Source of the DNA: an uncultured cyanobacterium
GTDB lineage: Bacteria; Cyanobacteriota; Cyanobacteriia; Leptolyngbyales; Leptolyngbyaceae
Assembly (NCBI GenBank): GCA_963766075.1
Contig: CAVYAN010000044.1
Span: forward strand, 1 to 22,833
Length of the DNA: 22,833 nucleotides
Direction of reading: 5' to 3'
Shown here one piece after another: positions 14,848 through 22,833 of the stretch (position 1 is its first letter; the number at the start of each line of letters is the position of its first letter). The notes below the pieces were generated by a model. That model saw nothing but the letters and a program-made list of their open reading frames with translations, was not told the origin of the DNA and did not search any database. The translations under genes and the position numbers were made by a program.

Positions 14848-17800
14848 TTATCGAGTCAGAAGTCCATCACACAGATGCTGCTCCGTTGGCGAAAGGGCTG
14901 TGTTGGTTTGCAAATAATCCTTCACCCAAGCGCAGCTCTGACTCAGCATTGAAGAGAATTCTAGAGCCTGATTTAGGTGCCAGACAATGGCTGTTTTGTC
15001 GTCACTGGCAGACGCTAAGGTTTGACCATCCGGACTAAAGGCGACGGCATAAACTTGCCCACTATGCACCTTCAGGGTATTGAGCACGGTGCCATCAGGT
15101 TGCCAAAGTTTGACAGTTTGATCGGTGCTGCCTGAGGCCATCAGCGCAGATTTGGGATCAAACGCCACGCCACGGACTGAGTTGTGGTGTCCTGACAGAA
15201 CACGTAGCAATGTCCCGTCAAGCTGCCATAGCTTAATGGTTTGATCGACGCTGGCAGTAGCGACGAGCTTGCCATCGGGACTAAAGGCAATCGTCCAGGC
15301 TTCGGCATCCTGGTTATCAATGGTTCTGATCAAGGTGCCGTCCGATCGCCACAGGCGCAGGGCGTTGTCTCGACTGGTGGTAGCAATCATCTGCCCATCT
15401 GGGCTGAAGGCCAGACCGATCACGTCATTTTGAAAGCCGGACAGGGTGCGTATCAGGGTGCCATCGAGGTGCCAGAGTTTGACGCTGCGATCGTTGCTAC
15501 CGGCAGCAATGATTTGGCTATCAGGGCTGAACGCGAGGGCCTGCACAGATGAGGTGGATTGCGAAATGGTTCGGATGGGTGTGCCATCGAGGTTCCACAA
15601 CCTAATCGTGCCATCGGCACTGGTGGAGGCCAACATCTGACCATCGGGGCTGAATTTGACCTTGTACACGATCGCGGTATGCCCTTCCAGCGTATGCAAA
15701 AGCTGTCCTGCCGGATTCCAGAGTTTCACCGTGTGATCGCCACTGGCAGTAGCCAAGGTTTTGCCATCAGGGCTAAAGCTTACGTCTCGTACTTCTTCCC
15801 GATGGCCTTGCAGTCTGACCAGGAGGGGATTCTGGATCTGCCAAAATCTAACGGTTTTGTCGGCACTAGCGGAGGAGATCGCCTGCCCATCAGGACTAAA
15901 CGCCACATCCCAAATCTCTGCGTCGTGACCCGTAAAGGTATTGAGTAGAGTGCCATCGCGAGTCCACAGTTTAACGGTGCGATCCCAACTCGTTGAGGCT
16001 AGCCATTGACTATTGGGACTAAAGGCGATGGCATAAACACTGTTGGCATGTCCTGTTAAGGTCTGCACCAGTTGACCGTCTGATTTCCAGAGCTTAACGG
16101 TGTTATCCCGACTAGCAGAGGCAAGGCGTTGCCCGTCAGGGCTAAATTGGACGCGGTAGACCGGGCCTGTGTGTCCCGACAACTGCTGCAATGGCTGTCC
16201 CTCCCAACTCCAGAGCTTAACGGTGTTGTCACCCCCAGCGGAGGCCATGCGCTGACCGTCCGGACTGACGGCAATATCGTAGAGGCCGCGACTGCGATCG
16301 CTTTGATTTTCAATCGTTTTCCATAATGTGCCGTCGAGTTTCCACAGTCGAATGGTGCCATCCCAACTGGTGGTGACAACTAATTGATGGGATGCATTAA
16401 AGACCGCCCGATAGACATTCGCACGATGACCACGGAGAGTGGCAACCAACGTGCCGTCTGATTTCCAGAGTTTGGCAGTCTGATCTTAAACTAGAGGTCG
16501 CTATCAGCTTTCCATCGGGGCTAAAGGCAACGCTGTTGACATCTTTGGTATGGCCTGTGAGTGTTTTCAATAATTTTCCATTGCGTTGCCAAATCTTGAC
16601 TGTTTTGTCTTCACTAGCAGTCGCAATGAGTTGTCCATCAGGGCTAAAAGCAATACCTTTGATGGTGAACTGATGACCTATTAAGCGATTTTGCTCATTC
16701 GCTCCAAACATTGCCTGTTGCAGAGATTGCTGAACAGTATTTTTGGTTGCTGGATCGGGAAAAATTAACTGTTGCAGCCGTTTCCAGGCTTGCAAGGCAG
16801 TAACTAGTCCATCCAAGCGTTGGTTGGAAGCAAACTGGGCATCGGCAGCCGCACTAAGGGCTTGGGCTTCACTGCGGATGGATGTTTGCCATCCCCAGCC
16901 CGCTAGTCCGGCCAGCAATAGGGCGATCAATAGTCCCGATAACAGACTGGAGAGCAGTAGGCGGCGGCGACGTTTTTGCTGCCGGAGGGTGCGATCGCGC
17001 CAGCCCAAACTCTGGAGAATAAAGTCCTGTTCTTTCGCACTCAGCTCATCGGGGCGACGGCGGTACCAATCGTCGGACTCCGCTAAGAGCTTGCCGCGTA
17101 GCAGAGCTTCCGGCTCCTTGCCACTGTTGACCCATTGCTGTTGCAAGCGTCTTAACTGCTCCTGCCAGTGGCGGAATTGGCTGTCGTCCTGGAGCCATTG
17201 ATGGAGTCGGCCCCAGTAGCGAATCAGGGCCTCGTGGACAATTTCAACGGTTTGTTCGCCGGTCAAGGCATCCCGATCGGTGACCACCAGCCGCGCCGAC
17301 GCTAACCGCGACACCAAGTCCCAGCGGGTTGGGCCCACTTCATCCAGAGTCGCGAGACGGCGGCTGGCCTCGACACCAGGTTGTACCAACTGGACAAAGA
17401 TCCGCTGCATTTCATGCCGATCGCCCCCAGCCAGTTGCGCATAGACCCGTTCGGCATGATTGGCCAGGGCAGCTTCGACTCCGCCGATCGCCCCATAGGC
17501 CGCATGGGTGAGCCAGCCTTGCTGTTGCTGTGCCCACAATTCGGTGAGGGTGAATTCCAGCAGAGGCAATTGACCTGGATGATCCCAGGTGGTTTGGATC
17601 AAGTGATCAGTGAGTCCGGCTTCGAGCCGCACTTGGCGGTGGGCGGCGGGTTGGTCGATCGCCGCGCGTAATTCTGCCCGATTCATTGGGGCCAAGTTGT
17701 ACACGGCTCCCTGGAGGCGATCGCTGAAGGGGCGGTAGGACAGGGCCGCGCCGTAGAAATCGGCCCGCAGGGTCAGCAGCAGGGTAAAGGCAGGGGCATG

Positions 17801-19441
17801 GTGAATGGCGTAGAGTAAACTATCGAGAAAGGCTTGGCGATCGGCGGCGGTACAGAGGGTATATAGCTCTTCAAATTGGTCGGCAATCAGGATGAAGCGG
17901 GTGCCGCTTTGCTGGACGAGGGATTCGATGATCTGCGTGAGGGCGCGATCGCGATGTTGCAATTCGACGGCGAGTTCCAATTCGGTGAGGTGCGGGTCGC
18001 GGCTGGAATCGGCGGTGGCGGATAGCCAGGGCGCGATCGCTTTAGCGAGGGCATCAAAGGGTTGGTTACTGGGACGAAAGGCGCACAGGTCGGGCGGGGT
18101 GGGGAGCGAGCGCAAGCCGGGAATCACCCCTGCAAACACGACGGAGGATTTGCCACTGCCGGAGGGACCGAGAACGGCCACGAGGGCCTGTTGTTTCACA
18201 GCTGTGATCAGCGTTTGGGTGAAGGTTTCGCGGCCAAAGAACAGCTTGGCATCGGCTTCGCGAAAGGCAAACAGGCCTCGGTAGGGGCAGGCGGCAAGGG
18301 CACCGAGTTGAGTCCAGGTGGGGGGGGCGACGGCGGGGTTTTGCACAATCATCGGCAGCCAGGAGGCTCCCGGAAAGTCGTCTTCGAGTCCTTGGAGCTG
18401 GCGGCGGGCTTGCTGCACGGCCAGGGCAAGGGACAGGCGATCGACGGCAAAGGCTTGCAGAAAGTGGCGGAAGAATTCCTGGGCCACCTGATTGGGCACG
18501 GGTTCGCGCATGACGATGATGGCGGGCAAATGCAGCCGTTCGAGGGCGAGGGCTAAGCCAATGCCGTCGCAGGAGTTGAAGATGGCGAGTTGGAGGCCGT
18601 GGTCGATCGCGCCGATTAGGGCTTCTTCCAGTTGGGCGATCGTCAGGCTGTGGGGTATGTGGCGACCGAGTTCGTCGCGCCCTGCGCGATCGCTCAGGTA
18701 AATTCTGCCGGTTTGGCCTTCGGTTTGGCTATGTCCGGCAAAGAAGAGGATATCCCAACCGGTTTTGTCCCAGAGGTGGGTGTTGAGTTGTTGGCGGCTG
18801 GGGGCGGTGAGGAGGTGGGTTTCGCTGTCGGGGAGGTGTTGGAGTAATTGGCGTTCGCGGCGGGCATCAATGCCGGGGCTGTCGGCCAGGATGGCGAGGA
18901 TGCGGATTTGGGTGCGGCTGGGTTGAGGGCGGGGTGGGCGGCGCTGGTAGTCGGGTTGGCTGAGGCTGATGGCGGCGTAGGGATAGGCTTTGAGGATGTG
19001 CCAGGTGTGCCAGGGCAGGCGTTGCAGCCAGGGGTCGCGGGTTTGGAGGAGTATGTGGATTTCGTCGCTGGAGTGGAGGTGAGATCGCAATGCGCGATCA
19101 AGTTTAAGGAAGTCGGGGGAGTGGAGCCACTCGTTGAATTGGGTTTGGAGGAGGGTGGAGAGGTGGGTGAAGCTTTGTTGAGAGACGTTGGTGATGCCGC
19201 CGGGGCTGATTTCGAGTTCGTCGTCGCTGGGGTTAGGGGTGCGGAGGGGCTGGCGATCGCAGAGGCTGCGGTACAGGCTTTGCCAGTCGCGGTAGTGTTC
19301 GATCAGGTGGGGGGAGGCGGGGAGGCTGCCGGAGTATTGCTCGGGACGGGGGTGACCGGGGGTCCAGAGCTGGGCGGTGATGTGGGGGCAGCCGTGGAGC
19401 AGGTCACCACCCGCTAGGTTGAGAAGAACCGATTTGCTCAT
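14848..19441 (-). CDS. Second CHAT - nSTAND1 - TM - 14x WD40 protein, one +1 frameshift at ~16486; ~1530 aa if repaired
   Basis: FAGHS and FNSCDG dyad, GPSGSGKSS, LIADQFEE, RRRR plus TM helix. Removing one base at 16486-16487 restores ATSSLDQTAKLWKSDGTLVATLRGH, joining ORFs 16397..19441 and 14848..16449 to give 14 WD40 repeats and a C-terminal CAWVKDYL...LC. Confidence 0.88.
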
Positions 19442-19491
19442 GGGGGCTGGGGGCGAGGGGGGAGAATCGCACTACAAGGCAAGAGATCGCA

Positions 19492-19848
19492 CTACGAACG
19501 ATATTGATTTAACCAACGGACTTGCCCTAACCAATCCTCTGATTGAGTTGCTGAAAGCAACTGATCAAGGGCTTTGATGAGTTCAGACAAAGTCCAACTG
19601 CTCTGCGCTGCCAGAATGATGCCATGATGCTCCGGGCATTGGGTGGCTAAAGCAGAGAAATCTTTGATATTGAATGTAAAAAGACATCGACCTTGAGCGG
19701 TTGCTTTCAAAAGCTGCGTTTCATCGCTTGCATCTTCAACGATCCATTCATTTGGCGTCCGAGTGACATCGTGACCACGAACAGTAAGCGATAATTGTAA
19801 GGCCCTAATGGACGTATCCGCATCCAGATGCAGTCGAGGTTTAGGCAT
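19492..19848 (-). CDS. DUF5615 family PIN-like toxin (118 aa)
   Basis: LHLDAD, GHDV, ASDETQL..A...R.LFTFNIKDF, HHGIILA; overlaps the upstream antitoxin gene by 8 nt. Confidence 0.85.
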   Translation of the reverse strand: MPKPRLHLDADTSIRALQLSLTVRGHDVTRTPNEWIVEDASDETQLLKATAQGRCLFTFNIKDFSALATQCPEHHGIILAAQSSWTLSELIKALDQLLSATQSEDWLGQVRWLNQYRS

Positions 19849-20239
19849 TAGCGGCTTCGATCACTTGTTCATTGGCGATCGCACGATCAATTTCGGTTTG
19901 ATGGGTTGTGTAAAATCCCAGTGCGTCGGTAATTTGAGATTCAGTAATCCCGTATTCTTCGGTAAGCTGGTTAGGAGTCATTCCCCATCGGTGCGCTGCG
20001 ATCGCAATGGTTTGGACGCGAATCCCAGTGCCACGAATGATGGCGACGGGATGGCCACTGGCTCCTTGACGATAGGTGATTTGGGGAAATTCTGGATCAT
20101 AGTATTGATGTTGCAGGGCAGCCACTTTTTCGGTAATGGCCCATAGGACAAATTGGTCAAGGGACACTCCTTGACGTGTGGCACATTGTTCTACTTCGTG
20201 CTGAAGCTGGAGGGGTAAGTTAACGGAGTAAAGGGACAT
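19841..20239 (-). CDS. DUF433-domain antitoxin with N-terminal ribbon-helix-helix-like segment (132 aa)
   Basis: YSVNLP..L..EVE..A..QGVSLDQFV (RHH-like); GHPVAIIRGTGIRVQTI...GMTP....EEY.IT..QI.DAL.FY..H..EID (DUF433). Confidence 0.85.
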   Translation of the reverse strand: MSLYSVNLPLQLQHEVEQCATRQGVSLDQFVLWAITEKVAALQHQYYDPEFPQITYRQGASGHPVAIIRGTGIRVQTIAIAAHRWGMTPNQLTEEYGITESQITDALGFYTTHQTEIDRAIANEQVIEAANA

Positions 20240-20270
20240 CTTTAAGGGTATGTCGTGTGGACTGTCTACT

Positions 20271-20288
20271 ATCCCTATGCTAAGGGAT
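20271..20288. promoter_or_regulatory. Palindrome upstream of the TA operon, candidate antitoxin operator
   Basis: ATCCCT-N6-AGGGAT ~30 bp upstream of the antitoxin ATG. Confidence 0.35.
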
Positions 20289-20435
20289 GCCTTGACTTCC
20301 TGGTAGGTGATTGAGGGTTTTTAATGGGCGATCGCACCTCCCTTCAGTGATCGCCATACCCATACCCGAGATCGTCGCTGGAGGGAGGAGTGGCGATCAC
20401 TGTCGCATTTAAGAGGTACTGACATTATCCTATGA

Positions 20436-21327
20436 TTAGAGCTTGACAAGGTTGCCCTGCGGTTCACCATCCGGCTTTTCCCCAAGCGTACCGTGCGGAC
20501 TAAACTCTTGCGGGCTAAACTCTTTCTGGGCCAGCTTTTCCAAGCCTTTATTGTTTCGCATCAGTTGCGCCCACGCGAGTTGGAGATCTAACCTGTTGGG
20601 TGACTGACGACGGGCACTTGCGAGGGCATTGAGGAGGTCGTACCAGCGATTGTAGTCTTGACCCGCCAGTGCCCCAGGCGCACCGGGCACCCGCTGAATC
20701 CAACCGTTGACACTGGGATTACGAGAGGGGCGATCTGTGTCGCAGATCACCGAAAAATACCAGAAATAGAACTTCTGAATCTGGAGAGCGGATTGTAGCG
20801 GCAGACTGACACTGATAATGCCGGGTTGATTAGCCAGGGCCACTTTAATGGGGGTTTCAAATAGAGGCCGTTTAGACTCATCCAGCACCATAAACTGGGC
20901 AAAGCCCTCACGCGTGGAGCGCGTGTAGGGAACATAAAACCAAAACGGTGGAGAATCCGCTGTTGTCTGGCCGCCGATGGATTGCGTCCGACTCAGTTTG
21001 AGTTGACTTTTTTCAGGTTGATCGGCCTTAGTTGGATTTATTTCAGACAGGTTTACTAGTAGTCGCCAGTGCGGTGAGAGGAGGATCAACCTCAACCGAA
21101 CAACTGCCGCCACGACCAAACCCCCCGGAGCGGCGATTGGGAGAAGGGCCTTTCGGCGGACTAACCCGCAAGGCGATCTGTCTGCCAACGTAAGTAAAAA
21201 AATTATCCGCCTGCGCCGGGGCCGGAAATACGAGACAAAGAGACATAATCAACACCAGAGCGCAGAGAGAGGCCATCACTCGCTTGACTCGGGGAAAAGT
21301 AAATTGGTTCATCAGCCAGCTCTTCAC
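20436..21327 (-). CDS. Secreted DUF928 domain protein, one +1 frameshift at ~21053; ~296 aa if repaired
   Basis: GGAG SD and GTG start. Signal peptide ending PAQA-D, P..RRSGGFGRGGSC....PLTAL; then in the next frame GGQTT...PFWFYVPY, PGIISVSLP, YFWYFSVIC...PSRNPSVNGWIQRV, WYDLLNALA. Confidence 0.85.
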
Positions 21328-21341
21328 GTTAATTCTCCAAG

Positions 21342-22833
21342 TTAATTATTTTTGCTGTTGCTTTCGCTATTACTTGCGCTGAGCGCCGCCCGAAGAATTT
21401 GGAATGGATTGCTACTGCCAAATTTACGTCGGAAATTGAGGTAGGCCACACTCGTGCCGGAAGTCAGCAGGGTAATTATGGGAGGCACTAAAGGCAGCCA
21501 CAACTGTCCCAGCCAAAAACTCAGACCGCAGACTAAATAAAGAGAAAGCGTTGCGACTGTTAGCGCTAATAACCAAGGCTTCCAAAACCGCAAGCGCCAG
21601 CCCAAGACACCACCCAGTAAAGACCAACCTAAGCCCCAAAGAAAGTCAACGCCCTCCGGCAACGCCCAAATGAGACGCTGCTTGCCTAATACTGTATCGA
21701 TAACCTGGCTGACTGTCAGGGACTGAATTTCGGCACCCGCCATTTCACCCAAAGGTGTAAGCCACATATCACCATGGGTCTGGGAAGCAGACCCAATCAA
21801 AATAATTTTTGGTTTTGGGTCGAGCTGCCCTAGCCCATTTTCCTGCAACAGTTTTGTAAGGTTAAGAGTTGTGATTTTTTTGACGCCATAATTCAGCAAG
21901 ATTTGGCATCCGCCATAGCGATCATTTTCTTCTGCACCGCCCTGAAAACCACCCATCACGGCATTGAAGTATGGGAAAACAAAATTCTGTTTGGGATCTG
22001 AATGAGTGAATTTGGGACATTGTTGGTCTTCTGGCTTCGTATCAAGTTTGTTATAGCCATGTTCCTTAAACAGGAATTGACTGGCAATGCGAACACTAAA
22101 AGCAATATTTGTTTTACATAAACCAGCATCGGGTCGAATTTCCTGCGCCAGAACTGGGCGGTACATTACTTTTCTTGCTCCAACACCAATAACAAAGTCC
22201 ACAAAACCAATTCGATTGGGATCAGTCTTGGTGATTTCCGGCGGGGGGAAAGCTCAGATCCCGTCATTGATTGCAATTTATCATCTTTGACTTCTGTGTT
22301 CAGCGCCTTACAGGCCCCAATCAGATTTAGCTTTTCTGGCTTAATAGCGATTTTTTTTCCCAGTGGGGGAACACTAGGTGCACGATTTTTCTGTTGTTTG
22401 GCGGATTGATTTTGTCTAACAGCCCCCTTCACCGGCTGTGTGACTGAAGGCTGTTTGAGTGGTGCATCCGGGTCTGGATTCAAGATCTTGGCTAGTTTCC
22501 CCTTCGCTGGATAGGGTCGGTAAAGATCTAACCCAATCACAGTCGGATGATATTCTTGAATTTTCTCTAATACTTCGGCAAGCTTATCGTCTGTAAAGGA
22601 AGACCCTTTTAAATCAATTTCTTGACCATTAATTCCTTGACGTTGCTGTTCGACTTCCTTGTCATCGGGGGCAATCACCAAAATCCGGTTATCTTCCTGG
22701 GCAAATGGTTGTTGTGCCGCCATAAGTCCGTCTAATGCCCATAGTTCCAGCCCTTTTAGTCCAGCGAGAAACCGCACAATCCCAACTAGCACACCAATTC
22801 CTACACTTGTGATGAGCAGGGAGCGCTTGCTGG
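21342..22833 (-). CDS. CHASE2-domain transmembrane sensor, 5'-partial, frameshift at ~22245
   Basis: Frame is open to the window end. TM then LELWALD.LM, DNRILVI, PTVIGLDLYR; after the shift PPPE...RIGFVD, ILLNY, KIILIG...GD.WLTP.GEMAGAEIQ...SQVI; three C-terminal TM helices and no C-terminal output domain. Confidence 0.85.

Noticed and set aside
16480..16495. Programmed ribosomal frameshift giving short and long receptor forms
   Set aside because: The shift falls mid-WD40 repeat, needs +1 with no stimulatory structure evident, and matches the pattern of other scattered indels.
8935..16690. Regularly spaced repeats as a CRISPR array or DGR template/variable repeats
   Set aside because: The ~123-nt and 15-nt periodicities are in-frame WD40 and pentapeptide coding repeats. 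There are no unique spacers, cas genes or reverse transcriptase, and I saw no adenine-specific mismatch pattern.
375..19417. Long antisense or alternate-frame ORFs (e.g. 375..860, 7866..8372, 9815..10672, 16743..17201, 18062..18556, 18848..19417)
   Set aside because: They shadow well-supported genes in GC-rich or repetitive coding DNA and have no motifs.
20330..20398. Imperfect long hairpin as a MITE
   Set aside because: Single copy with no target-site duplication; more simply a terminator-like structure downstream of DUF928.

Overview
Cyanobacterial plasmid-like DNA (roughly 25 HIP1 GCGATCGC octamers). The first ~3.5 kb is plasmid backbone: a ParM/ParR-like partition operon with a candidate parC iteron array, a MOBF-type oriT whose nic core matches R100/F, and an internally deleted MOBF relaxase remnant. 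The remaining ~19 kb is a signalling/conflict island. It opens with a coupled operon of a divergent sigma70-like protein, a DUF1822 protein and a CHAT protease-nSTAND1 NTPase-TM-14xWD40 receptor-like protein. A paralogous receptor lies on the opposite strand. Between the two is ~4 kb of small cargo genes: a Trypco2-like protein and a 73-aa ORF sharing a QD-x(3-4)-PG motif, a GH19 lysozyme-like enzyme plus a 2-TM protein, a pentapeptide-repeat protein and a degenerate RRM. A DUF433/DUF5615 toxin-antitoxin pair, a secreted DUF928 protein and a partial CHASE2 sensor follow. Six single-base frameshifts in four otherwise intact genes look like sequencing errors. Family names come from motif recognition by eye, not database searches.
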